A stretch of 47,659 nucleotides of DNA, the filler included, from Jimgerdemannia flammicorona (lineage: Eukaryota), in assembly GCA_003990765.1 (NCBI GenBank). It is 2 parts of 2 records of this genome, joined end to end, with 100 filler letters (N's around TTAATTAATTAA, not from the genome) between each part and the next. Parts side by side here need not be neighbours in the genome. Positions count along the whole stretch, not along the records: positions 23,882 to 47,659 come from RBNJ01001067.1; 1 more part is not named here. The stretch is one strand, 5' to 3'. The notes below the pieces were generated by a model. That model saw only the letters and a program-made list of their open reading frames with translations. It was not told the origin of the DNA and did not search any database. The position numbers were made by a program, and so were the translations under genes. Positions 24,333-37,115 of this stretch are shown in pieces. The first letter of the stretch is position 1. Each line of letters opens with the position of its first letter.

Positions 24333-27300
24333 TTTTTTTTTTTTATTTTTTATTTTTATAGTCACTCAGACTTTTCCCTTTATTAAAATACCATCTATCA
24401 TCTAAATAATATACAATGCCCAACCCTATCCAATCCCCCTAGGGGGGCCCCCTCCTCCTATCTCCACTTGATGAAAGATTACTTTGTCTAACACCATCTC
24501 TACCTGCCCATCACTCTGTCTGTAGATTCTCTCTACCAGGCGACAACGTATATCACCCTGGGGACCCTAACCCACCCACCACCCAGTCAGCAGATCCTCC
24601 ATCAACCCCTCCCATCTTAACAACTTCTTCTGTAAACCTATCTACTGCCCCTTCTTGAAGACAAAGAGCCAATATCTAGCCAGCCCTACCCACACTGCTA
24701 AGACTCACTCTATAGTGAGCCAACCATTGCCCACCCCACCCACAAGCCAAGATTCCAAATTCTTCCAGTAATCTCTCTCTCCATCCGGCCTCCTCTCCAC
24801 TCCCAGCTGCTCCCCTACTGCTATCCAAAAGTCCCCCAGAACCTCACACTCTCTCAGTCAATATTCAGATATTTGTACAAATTTCCCAACTTTCTCTACA
24901 TTATAATACTCCTCACAATCTAAATGGTCACCCTCTATAAGATGCCCAGTACAGAAATTCAACATGATATTCCTCCTCAGCATCTACCACCATACTACCC
25001 AGAACTTAGGAGGAAGCCACTGCTATACCTCAGCACTCCATGACCAGACTCCTACTCAGTCTCACTCCTTGCCAATTCTTACAGTCTGTCAACTACTTGG
25101 CCAAAGATCCTGACCAAGGCCCTGCTGACACTTCACTCCATCACCAATATCAAACTCAGCAAGTGGAACACCCCCCAAAAGGAGTCTGTTCCATTGCTAC
25201 ATAGCTGAACCCCCCTGTACCCCCCCCTCATTGCCTCGCCAGTGTAGTCCTATCCTGTGTGTACCATCCACCACCCTCCACCAGAAGTCCTTATGCCATA
25301 GCTGTTGCTCCCAGTCAGGCCCACCAGAGAGAGCAAATCTCCTGAGGACCCCTGAGGGGAGAACCTCATCTCCCACACCTTCTGCAGTAGCAGCACCCAC
25401 TCTCCTCCCTGCAGTTCAACAGCCCTTTTCAACCACCAAGCTTGCAGACAGTACAGCCACTTAGGGAAATCCACAAGGTCTAGTCCTCCCCTAACCACTG
25501 ATATTGCAAGAGTATCCCAACTGATCTGGGACCTCCTCCCTGCTCAAATCTAATCTTGAGCCAATTTTGTCAGTCTCTTCACCATTCAAGCTGGGAAGTC
25601 TAAATGATAGGCCACATACCATAGCTTGGGGAACTAATAAACATTCAGAAATGACACCCACTCTGCCAGGGAGATGTGGTGACCCCCCCAACCCCTAAGG
25701 GCCTCCCCCCAAATGGCCACTCTCCTCTCCCACCACACTCATAGCAATATAGATCTATATAGAAAGAAATATGCCCAAGTACCACACCACCTCTCCCATG
25801 GAGACAATTGTTCCAATGACATTCCCTCCCATCAGCCCATTCCCTAACACCATTATCTCATACTTATACTAGTTGAGTTTCATCCCAGAGTGTGCCTCAT
25901 ACCATTCCACTATCTCCTTGAGTGCCTCAATGTCCTCCACTGATCCAAGCCCAACCACTATATCATCTGCAAAAGCCCCCACCTTCCACACCACACTATA
26001 TACAGAGAGCCCTACCACCCTCTGATATATCCTATCCATCAAAGGTTCCAAAGAAAGGGCATAAAGGATAGAGGACAGTGGGTCTCTCTGAGGAACTCCT
26101 CTTCCCAAGGGAAATGCCAGACCCCAGTGACCATTACATGACAGCACTGCCCTACTGCCCTCCAACAAATTCAGCATAGAAGTCCAAAACCTTGGGGGAA
26201 TACCAATTCTATCCAACACCTTGCCTAGACATACCCACTGAACATGGTCATAGGCCTTCTCCTGGTCCAAAAAGACCAGTCTACCATCTAGTTTACAAGC
26301 CTGGGACCCCTCAATAATGCCATACACCTAGGCAGTCCCATCTCTAATAAGTCTGCCTCCTACAAAGCTATGCTGCTCCTCACCCAGAACCTGTTGGGCA
26401 ACCCTCTATAACCTTACAACAATCACCTTAGTCACCATCTTCCTGTCTATGTCCAGAAGCATGATTGGTCTCCAGTTCTTCCAGTCCTCCCTTCTTCCCT
26501 TATTCTTGTACAATAAGGTCACCAGCCCCAAGTCCTGCTCACCAACTCACTTGCTATTCAGAAGAACATGGTCACAGAGGGCAGCCATCTCTCTTAATAC
26601 TCCAGGAACCTTCACCATCTTCTTCCAGAAGTCCCAAGGTAACCCATCCTCTCCTGGCACTATCCTCAGTTTAGTTGCTACAAGAACTCTCTGGATCTCC
26701 TCCTCTTGGACTGGTAAGATCAAATCACCCAGTCTGTCTACTTGCAGTGGCTCCCACTCCTCCAGTGTATCTTCAATTACCTCCTCATCTGCACCCCCTT
26801 CCTCCTCACTCCACAGACCCCTCCAATTTTCCTTTAGTGCTCCCAAGATCTGTTATATGCTATACACTATATCTCCCTCAGCATCCAAGATCCCATTCCA
26901 TCAGTGGTGCACCCTCCTAGCTTAGAGAAGCCTTGACAGATACCTAGTGGGCCACTCCCCTTTCTCTAGCCTCTGCCACTGTAGCCTGGCTGCCATACCT
27001 TTCATATGAATCTCCTTCTCTTCTCATAATATTTGTTGCAGCTCCACCACCTCCAACTTTGCTCACTCCAACCTCCAATCCTCCACCCCTTCCAAATAAA
27101 GCAACTTGGCCCACTCTATCTGCAATCTAATCAGCCTATTAGAAGCATACCATATATACTTCCTTCTCAGCCTCCCAGCCTCCCTACTAGCTTCTCCCCA
27201 ATAAACCCTTATAGTCTCCTTCAACCTCATCTACTGGGCCTCTACAGTTAATCCCTCCTGTGTCTAGGTAGCGATCTTCACTTGGACATCCTCCATCCAT

Positions 27301-30244
27301 AGGTCCCACAACCCCTTCTTGGCCAGCAGGAAGGAGTTAAGGTGCCAATATCCAGGTCCATCTCCACTCCCCCCAAACTGTCCCTGCCCCAATAGCCCCT
27401 AGTAATCAGACCAAGAACACTACTCCATCTCCAGAGTTCTTCAAACATCAGCACCCCAACATTCAGCCATCAGAATCCAGTCAATCCTTATACTCAGTCC
27501 ATTTACCCAATGTGTATAGACCCTCCTGTCACCCCATTGTGTTCTGCCCATATCTCCTAAGGAGCTAAGGTTCTCCACTTCCTCCCACTTATCTAGCCCA
27601 CTACTCCTCCCACCTGCACTTCTTCCTCCATCAGTTCTATTCAGCTGTGGATCCCTCACCATATTAAAGTCACCTCTCAGAATATTGACACCTTCCTCCA
27701 AGAAGACATCCTCCTCCAGCAGATCCCTGATCTACTCAATCTGCTCACCCCTAACTGCAGGATAGTAGCAGGAGCCAATCCTAACTGATTCCCACCCAGG
27801 TTGGTGCCATTCTCCCCAGACCAAACAGTCTCCCCAGTTCTGAATTCTGCTCAAGTCCCCTCTCCCCTTCCTCACCAGAATTACCACTTTGCTATTCCAA
27901 GCAGTAGCTTCTCCCCATTCTCTAGTTCACTCCACTTGATCTTCCTCATCCTCACACTATACATCCTGTAGTAAAAAGATAACAGCCTCCAATCTCTTAA
28001 GCTAAGTAAAAATGTTCCTATGTCACTCTGATCCCCATAGCCCATTCACATTCAGAGAAAAAATACTAGTTATACTATTCATAAGGAATAATGTTGTTTA
28101 TTGATCATGCCCTCTACAGATCTGCATTCAGCTCCTCCTGTACCAAGTCTAAGTCATGTTCTGCAGCCAGTGCCTTCTCCTCAGTTGCCTACATCTCCAA
28201 CCCAGCCAGAAGTTCCACCATCACCCCATCCTCCTTTTCCTCGAAGTCCTCCTGGTATTCCAAGCATACCTCCTGCCAGAGTTGCAACCCATAATGCTCT
28301 GCCCAATAATAGACAGCCCTCTCACCAGCAATGATCACCAACTCAGCCTCTCTCACCTCATCTACCACATATCTCTCCTTCTCCTTGAAAATCACAAGTA
28401 TCTCCACCTTCAGTGCCTCCACTACCCCATCTCCATGCAGAATCTGTACCTAGTGCTCCTCCAGCATCACACACAGGTCAACTTCTCCCAACTCCTCAGC
28501 TGCGAGGTTATCCATCACCTTGCTCATCCACAGCAAGTTTCCCACCTCTCTCCCTCCAGGAGTTCCTGGCTGCCCTACATCCAGCATTATGATATCTGCT
28601 CCCATATTGGCAGCCTCCTCCCACTCCTTCTCTGGGATATCCACCAGCTCATCCTCACCAACTGCCACCACCTGGCCTCCATTCACCACATCCGGGACCC
28701 TAAAGCAAAACTTGCTGGGCCCCCTGCATCAGCATATCCTCCACTGCTCCTCTCCTCTCAACTGGGTCCCTCCTGATAAGTGGGGGGGAGGTGTCATCCA
28801 ACTCCTGCTCCCAAACTTCGAAGGTACTGTCAGTATATGGGTCCTTGCCCAGCATCTTCCCAGCCCTTTCCTCATTTGCCTCCACCTCCTCTCCTCCTTT
28901 GTTAGCCCAGATACTAGCTTTGATACCTCCAGACTCTTCAGCTCCAACCAACTTCTTCTTCACCCCTCCTATCATACTTGCCAACAGCTCCCTCTACCTC
29001 TTGTGTCCCTGGACCTGCTCCCACTGCTTCCTGTCAGTTCGAATATGCTTCCCATCCACAACCTCCAGATGTATCGACTCCTCATATAGCTTCCAGGCTT
29101 TCACCCTTCTCTCTACAGTACCACTCAACTTCTCCAGCACCTCCAACAGGTTCTCCTCCTCCTCTTCACTCCCTTTCACCCTTGACACCTTACAGATGAA
29201 GACCTCCCACATTAGCACCAAGGGCCAGTCACTTAGCTTCCCTGTGGCCTCCTTCTCTGCCAGCCAAATCCTGACATCAACATCACCTATTCTGAATGTT
29301 GTCTCCTCCTATATCTGAAAGCTAATATCCACCACATCACCATACTCTACCATTACCTCCTCCACCCTCCTTCTAGTCTCCTTCTTAGTCACCATGGGCA
29401 CCCCCCTTACCAGAAGCTACACTACTCTGGGGTCTCATCTTAAGCACCACACCATAGGGACCACTATCTCCCCAACTACTACTCCAGTCTTCAGGGTCTC
29501 ATCTAGTGGGCCCATCTCCTCAAAGCCTACCTCAATCCCCTCCAGACCCTTCAAGAACTTCATCAAGGCCACTCCAGCCATCTGCTTCAAAATAAGCCCC
29601 AGGACCATCCTTGCCATCACTGCTAAGCCCTGGAAGCACAAGGTAGCTGTGAACTCTGAGATCAACTTCTTGAGCAACAGGGCTACTACCAGTCCTGTTA
29701 TACCATCTGCCAGATCCCCTTTCCATATCAGGAATCTCTGCCCCCCCTGGCCATCAGCTATTATATTTCTTTTTTTTTCTGATTTGCCATCATACTACCA
29801 TCAGCAGTCCTGCCACTATCCCCAGCAGCTACTCCACTTCCTCCACCTCCCACCAGTGAAGGTCCAGCTCCCCCAGTATCTCCAACCTTCTGCTTCTCCT
29901 TCCCTTCTGCCTGTCTACTGCGGGCTCCCATCAGCCAGCCCCCAGTCCTCAGCATATCCATAAAGCTCCTTCTCTACCACCCTCTGGCCCCCCCACCAGT
30001 ACTGCCTCCACTGTCCAAGCTGTCCTGCCTACTTGAGCTATTGAAAGACCCCATCTCCAGCCCATACCCTCTCCTGACATGCTGCCAGTCGAAGGCCCCA
30101 GGTCTGCCTGACCTAGTATGCATATTAGCTTACTTGTTGGTTGATATTGTCTTAATATCTTTCTCCAATAAATGAATCAAAAGTATGTTGTAAAAGTGTG
30201 TATAACGTGAGTTGTAGTGGAGAAAGATATCCCAGAGACCTCTG
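24333..30244 (-). mobile_element. LINE copy B, full-length, decayed
   Basis: Poly(T) at 24333. RT motifs LVFLDQEKAYD, GVPQRDPLS and AFADD (25869-26327). APE motifs GDFN and RIDWIL (27441-27701). ORF1 remnants 28114-30150. Degenerate 15-bp TSD TCTATATACCTATCC (24318-24332) / TCTGTATACCCATCT (30245-30259). Confidence 0.92.
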
Positions 30245-30610
30245 TCTGTATACCCATCTATTACTTCTCCTTAAAAACAAAGAGTCAATGTCCAGTTAGC
30301 CCTACTTATACCATCAAAACCCATTCTACAGTGAGCTATCCATTACTCACACTACTCACTAACCTAGATTTCAAATCCTCCCAGCAACCTCTCTCTCTAT
30401 CCAGCCTCCTTTTTACACTTAGCTAATCTCTACCACTATCTAAAAGTCCCCTAGAACCTCACACTCTTTCAGCCAATATTCTGGCATCTGCACAAATCCC
30501 TCTATATGTCCGATATTATAACACTCCTCACAATCTAGTCATCTACTATCCACCAGATATCCAGCATAGAAATTCAACATGATATTTCTCTGCAGCATCT
30601 ACTACCATAT
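30245..30610 (-). mobile_element. Upstream part of truncated LINE copy E
   Basis: Collinear with the 3' region of LINE B (~24630-24990), including the C-terminal CEECYN..EYWLKEC segment. Confidence 0.75.
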
Positions 30611-31117
30611 CACTCTCTTCCTTTTGCTATCATTAATAAAATATTATTACAGTATATTATGAGCTATATAGGAAGTTGACTGATCTTGGACATCAAGTAT
30701 CAGTATAGATTATCTGTAGGTTATTAGTATCTATAATAGAGCTCTCTGAGCTTTGATAAGCTTTTCAGTGAGTATAGTTCTGATATAGGTGACTGTTTTT
30801 AAGTATAATTAAGATGAGAGAAGAGATGATTATTACAGATAAGAGAAAGAGTAATAATGGTGAATTAGTTGAGTGTTAGACTAGAGACAATCATCAGGAT
30901 TATAGTAAGTATTATCTTATAGAGCCTTTTGATTGACTGGCAAATGATAGAGTAGTATAGTAACTGATATTCTAGCTATATTCAACTGAAACTAAGAGCT
31001 AATATAGTAATACAATTAAAGCCTATAGACTTAAGAAGTAGGATCTTTCTCATTTGGTAGTATTTAACTAGAACTGAGAGCTGATATAGTAATATGATTG
31101 AGGCCTATAGACTCTAG

Positions 31118-34100
31118 TATTTATGACTCTTGATTCCACAATATTCAGATTATATAACTCTCTGGCAATACTTATAACATAGTTTTAGAGTAAAGATATT
31201 AGTATTATAGTGACCAATGAGTATTCTGAGATACATACTGGGTAGAGTGGCCCTGATATATTTGACTGGCAGTAGTAGAGAGGGGTCCTGGCTTGGGGAG
31301 AAGTATGAGGGACCTAATGATGAGAGGATGTAGTAGGAGAGGAGGCAGTGCTAGAGATTAGGAGATTAGAAGAGCAAGCTTCATGAAGAAGGTGAAGGGG
31401 GGACAGCAGAGAGCTGGACTGGAAAGTTGGCTGAGGAGAGGCAAGGTAATGACAAAGGCTACAGGGCAGAGACTTCAAGAGGAGCTCTTCTGGAGAGCCA
31501 GAGTAGTGGGGCTGGTGGTGTAATAGCTGAGGATATAACTGCTGATGGGAGCATGATGGGCAATCTGGAAAAAAATCTAGATAGAACTACTGATGATAGA
31601 CTGAGCTGTGGGAAGGGCATGAGGCCTAGTGATCTGGCTGATAGTATAATAGATCTGGTAGTGGTACCATTACTCAAGAAGTTGATCTCAGAATTCACAG
31701 TCACCCTATACTTCTGAGGCTTAGCAGTGATAGCAAAAATAGTCCTGGGGCTGATTGTGAAGTAGTAGAAGGTATAGTATCTATTAAGTTTCTAAAGGGC
31801 CTAGAAGGGATAAAGGTGGACTTTAAGGAGACAGAGCCACTAGAGGAGGTGCTGAAGATTGGGTTGATGGTTGGAGAGATGTGTATTCTAATAGCATGGT
31901 ACTTGAGATGGGATCCCAGGATAGTGCAGCTCCTGGTAAAGAGTATGCCTATGGTGATTGTTATGGAGATGAGGAGGAGAGTTGAGGAGATTATGGCTGA
32001 GTACAGAGAGATAATTGATATAGAGTTTAGAATCTGAGAAGGGACCACCTTCTGGACAGAGAATATTGATGTCCAGATTCGACTGGCAGAGAGAAAGGCT
32101 ACTGGTAAAGCACATAATTGATCTTCAGTGATGTTGTGGGGAGCCTTTGTATATAAGGTGACAAGGGTTAAAGAGAAGGAGCTGAGTGGTACAGTAGAGC
32201 AAAGAGCAAAGACTTAAAAGATATATACATATGAAGTTGATACACTTGGAGATTATTGATGAGAGGTGAGTCTGTATTAACAAGGGACTGTGAGAGAGAA
32301 CCCAAGGCCACAGAAGGCAGAGAGAGTTGCTGGTGAGTTTAGAGATGAAGAAGACAAGGGCTGCTAATAGCAGTGAGGAGGCTGGAGGAGCTTTGATAAG
32401 TGTCTGGACTAGGAGATAAGGAGAGAATGTAGAGGTGGGTCTGGAGAAGACCAGAGAGGTGCTAAGTAAGAACTCATATGAAAATAGTAAATTCAAAGTC
32501 TGGGAGTAGTCTCCTACTCCCACTTCTCTTATTAGGTGAGAACTAGCTGTGAGGGGCTGAGCAGCAGAGAATGTGCCCATGTATAGTATCCAGCAGGTGC
32601 ACTTTGGAGTTTCTGAGGTGGTGAAAGAAGGACAAGTGGTGGCAGTTGGTGAGGAGAAACTAGTGGGTGTCCCAGAGAAGAGGTGGAATGAGGCTATAAG
32701 TATGGGAGAGAATATCTCAATACTGAATGGAGGACAGCCTATGACCCCTGGGGGAAAGAAAGTGGGAAATCTACTGTAGATGTACCAGATAATAAATAAT
32801 CTTGTAGCTGAGGAACTAGGAGAAGTAGACCTAAGAGTAATGAGTGATGAGTACTGGGTAAGGATCTTATATAGCAATGGAGTGGTGTAGATATTAAGGA
32901 TAGAGGTACTGGCAGTTTTTCTAGAGAAGAAAGAGTATGAGGTAAACAAGGAGAGAGAGGCTGAGCTGGTAGTTATTGCTGGTGAGCAGGCCACCTACTG
33001 CTGGAAAAAGCATTATAGTTTGCAGCTCTGGCAGAAGGTCTGTCTGGAGTATCATGAGGATTTTGAGAAAAAGAAGGATGGGGAAATAGCTGAGCTACTG
33101 GAGGGGTTAGAGACTAAGAGAGCTGAAGAGGAGGTAGTATCTACTGAACACAACCTGGACTTGGCAAAAGAGGTGAGAGATATGGAGCAGTAGAGGATGT
33201 GTTTACAATTTCACAATATTCCTTTAAATAGTACAACTAATATTTTTTCTCTCAATGTGAATGAGTTATGGAGTTCATCTTGATATCAGAACATTTTTAC
33301 TTGGCTAAAGAGATTGGAGGCCAATCTCTTTCTTTTGTAAGATATCAGATGTAAGAATGATTTGGATAGACTGGAGTGGACTAAGGAATAGAGAGGAGAG
33401 ACTATATGAAAAAGCAAGGTGGGGATTCTGGTCTAGAGGAGCAGAGGGGAGATATGGGAGATGAGGAGTTGGAAAGATAAGCTGGTTTGGAGAGAGTGGA
33501 TTTGAGCAGGTTGGGAGCCAATTACAGTGGGGTCTTACTATTGTCCTACTGTATGGGGGGAGTGTATGGACTAGGTGAAGGGTCTTTAGGAGAGTGGGGT
33601 CCTAACAGAGACTGGAGTGGATATACTCAGCAGAGACTTCAATATGGTCTGAGATGTATTGGTAGATAGAACTGATAGAGGGTGGGGGGCTGAGGGTAAG
33701 AGTAGAGGTCTGGTGGTATAGGAGGAAGTAGAGAGACTGAGTGTACTGGTAGATACTGGCAGGAGATTTCAGGGTAATAGGAGAGTATACATACAATGGG
33801 CCAGGGGTCTGGAGATGAGAATTGACTGGATTTTGACTGCAGACTGTTGGAAATTAGATATCTGGAAATTACTGAAGGTTGAATGATATGTATCTGTGGT
33901 CTAATAATTGAGAGTTATTGGGACAGAGACATTTTGGAAGAAGTAGAAATAGGCCTGGATATTGGTATCTGAATTCCTCTTTATTAGATGATAAGGAACT
34001 GTGGGATACATAGGTTCCTCTGATGAAGAAGATCTAGGAGATGAGATCCTCACTAAGAGGCTCTACAGGTAATCTACTATTCTTGATCAGGCTTCAGAAC

Positions 34101-34952
34101 AATGATCACATATGGTATAAGAGATTCTAATAGAAGTTGTAGATGGGGTACACTACATTAGAATTTACTAGCAGAGAGATAAAGGGGAGATACCTTGGGG
34201 CTCTGTGATGTGGAGATAAGACCAAATACTATTAAGTGGTACCTCATTACTTAATTTTGATATTAGTGATGGGGTAGAGTATTAAAGAGAGTTAGGACAG
34301 GATCTGTGGTCTGGTGGATAACAGCTGATAGATATTAGAGAGAAGTGGAATTGGAATGGGGTTTGGGCCTGAAGTGCTGAGATCAGGCAATAGTTGCCAC
34401 TAAAGTACTAGATAGTCTAGTAGTACATATTATAGAGAAATATCATGCTCAACTTCTACTCAGGCCATCTAGTCAAGAGGGGAAGTTTTGACTATAAGGA
34501 GTACTATAATGTAGGGAAAGAAGGGGGTTTTGTATAGATGTCTGAATATTGGCTGAGAGAGTATAAAATGCTTGGTGACTTCTGGTTAGAGGTTGGATAT
34601 TGATTGAGTATAGTACATAGAGAAGGTGATATAAGAGGCTGATGGAAGGATTTGCAGGATAAATTAGTAGAGAAGATTGGGTCAGAGTAACTCACTTTGG
34701 ATTGGGTTTTAGCTATATAGATGGGATTAGTGGGTCACTGGTTGTTTGTTTTTAAGGATGAGAGGAGACTAGGATTGAGAGCATAGTTGCTGAGATGAGA
34801 AGAGCTGATGGAGAATATCTTAATAGGCTAGTGGCTTGGTTGGGGCCTATAGAGTGATCAGAGGTATAGTTTGGTCAAGAAAGTCTATAGGCAGAGTAGC
34901 AGAAGAGTTGGTATAGTAGATGAAAGGGTGTCTTTCAAGTATGAAAAGATAG
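31118..34952 (+). mobile_element. LINE copy C, old and internally deleted (RT missing); its 3' tip lies at 47557-47659
   Basis: ORF1 and APE remnants are collinear with copy D up to ~34010, then jump to the equivalent of D ~45530. Interrupted by the Ty3 element at 34953. The 5' boundary is approximate. Confidence 0.85.
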
Positions 34953-35410
34953 TGTAACATAGCGGATGCTTACTCTTGAAAGTACATCGGATTTCTGTAT
35001 CTTGAAAACTTGACTGTTCTGACTCTTGCAGAGTCTCTTGAAGTTGTAGGGGAGAGTGGGTGAGTTCGAAGTATATCTGCCTGCAGGCTTACTAGTTTCT
35101 TTGCTATCTCTTTGCTTTGAACTATTTCGATCTGAGGTTTATTCACTCGAAGATACTGGGTTATTTATACAAGTTTGCTAGCTCTGAGAGAGTGGCTAAG
35201 TAATAAATGAGTCATTTGGACTTTGTCAAAACATTTAGACAATGTCTAAATGCTATACTAAATCAGGGTGTTCGATTTGGATAATGTCTAAGAATTTAGA
35301 CAATGTCAAAATTGAGGACTGCTAACTATAAGGCTATACTTCTTTGGGACTGGGTACAATCAAGTGTCTATTCCCTATTTCCTTCTTCCAAATTTGGTTG
35401 TACCATCACA
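34953..35410 (-). repeat. 3' LTR of the Ty3 element
   Basis: TGTAAC...ATCACA. Direct repeat of 47100-47556. Minus-strand TATAAATA (35162-35169) and AATAAA (35138-35143). Purine tract AGGAGGAAG is adjacent at 35412-35420. Confidence 0.93.
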
Positions 35411-35489
35411 ACTTCCTCCTGAATAGATGGTCTTATCCCTGAGGCATCTATTCAAACTCCCAGGCTTCAACCATCTATATGGTCTTGTA

Positions 35490-35885
35490 CTATGCAATTT
35501 GCTGCATGACTGTTTCCCAATGATGTCTTCTCACTTTCTTGAAGTCAGTGGGGGTTACTTCTCTCAGGTGGTCTATCACTGGTTCATCTTCTCGGAAAAA
35601 CTTGTGGATCCTTTTGGCAATAGTGATCTGTGAGTGGGAGAGTTGACACTTGGCAATCCAGTCCTCTTTGGTCTTTGCTGGATCCTGATTGAGCACCTGT
35701 CTAAGCTTGAAGTACTCTTGGAATTCTGCCCGATATTGATAGGCTCTAAAGTGTGAGATCTGAGAGAGATGAGTCTGCACAATAATCTGAATATCCTCAT
35801 AGTATGGCTCTATGGTCGGAGGCTCGGTGGTGTGCCATTGTCTTTTGATGGCTCTTTGGGCAGCACTAGTGATCTTGAGTGCCAT
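35490..35885 (-). CDS. Uncharacterised domain, in frame with the integrase C-terminus
   Basis: 131-aa track ORF (MALKITSAAQ...METVMQQIA region). The upstream codons read TTIH*N*LKKYLASNKSTA-M with no stop between the integrase GPY/F tail and this ATG. Confidence 0.75.
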   Translation of the reverse strand: MALKITSAAQRAIKRQWHTTEPPTIEPYYEDIQIIVQTHLSQISHFRAYQYRAEFQEYFKLRQVLNQDPAKTKEDWIAKCQLSHSQITIAKRIHKFFREDEPVIDHLREVTPTDFKKVRRHHWETVMQQIA

Positions 35886-37090
35886 CGCAGTACTTTTGTT
35901 ACTGGCCAGATATTTCTTGAGTCAGTTTCAGTGAATGGTGGTGGGGATTATTGTGCCTGAGAGTTTTCGTAGCCAAAAGGTGGTCTCTTTTATATCTTAC
36001 ACAAGGTAAGGTTCTTCCTACTTGGGCTCCAGTTTTCGTGACCATGAAGCTTCTACCATATTCCGATACACCAGGACCTTGTCTCCTATCTTGATAATCT
36101 CCAAGGGCTTGTGGTCTTTTCCACATTCCTCTGTTATAGTGTCTGCACCTTAGTTATGTAATCCTCAGCCTTCTTCCTGATTTGGTGTAGTCTCCATATT
36201 TCTATGTCCACATGTTTCCATACAGCATCTCTATTGGATGATAGGGTTCCTTGAGAACATTCTTCTCCAAACAGCATTTCTCAAGGAGTAAAGTGGGTGC
36301 TTTGTGATCAGATATCCCGGAGAGCAGATAATGCTATTGGCAGATAGTAATCCCAGTTCTTGTAGTTATCACAGATCTTGGCAATAACATTCTTGAGGGT
36401 TTTGTTGGTCCTTTCTACTTATCTGTTTCCTTGGAGGTGATAGGCTGTGGTCTGAATGTGCTAGATCTTGTACTTCTTGTAGAGAACCTCAAAGAGCTAG
36501 TTCATGAATTCTCTTCCTCTATCTGTAGTTACTTGTGTTGGGGTCTTGAACCGGCAGATAATTTCCTTGTGGAAGAAATCAGCAATTGACTGTGCATTGG
36601 CTTCCTTGAGGGGTCCTGCTTCTATCCACTTCATAAAAAGGTCTACGATGACAATGATGTATCAGTTACCAGTCAGGGTCAAGGGTAGAGGGCCGATTAC
36701 ATCTATTGCTATATGGGCAAATGATACTGGTTCTATGTGTGCTGATCCTGGGGCTTAATTCCGTTGGTCTTGTTTCTGTTTCTGGCATTTATCACATATC
36801 TTGACAAATTGTCTGATATCTTCCTCCATCCCTGGTCACCATATTATTCTTCTTGCCTTGTCATATATATTTGTTCCTCCTAGATGGCCAAGTTTATGTA
36901 CTGATTTCATTACTTGCTCCTTCTTGTGTTCTGGTATGACCAGTAGTTTTCCTTTCTTTAGTATTTCTCCATCAGTTTCGAATTGTTTCCATGTTCTGTT
37001 GATAATCGTTTATGTCCATTTTTCCAGATGTTGGGGCATTTTTCGCTGTCCCAGGTATATGATAATTCCATAGTAGAGCTCCTTATTCAT
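35886..37090 (-). pseudogene. Integrase, decayed
   Basis: HHCC (HKLGHLG...CDKCQK), core AHIAIDVIGPLP, TDRGREF, TAYHLQGNR*VERTNKTL, and GPY/F-type KIGDKVLVYR..KLEPK*EEPYLV. Confidence 0.88.
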
Positions 37091-37115
37091 GATTGATTTG
37101 TTGGTTGGAGGTAGT

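Noticed and set aside
30981..31113. ~50-bp direct repeat just upstream of LINE C
   Set aside because: It has only two degenerate copies with no associated structure, and it is not a TSD because both copies lie on the same side of the element.
35490..35885. env gene or chromodomain after integrase
   Set aside because: It has no signal peptide or transmembrane stretch and no chromodomain Y.VKW.GY..TWEP pattern, so it is reported as an unknown domain.
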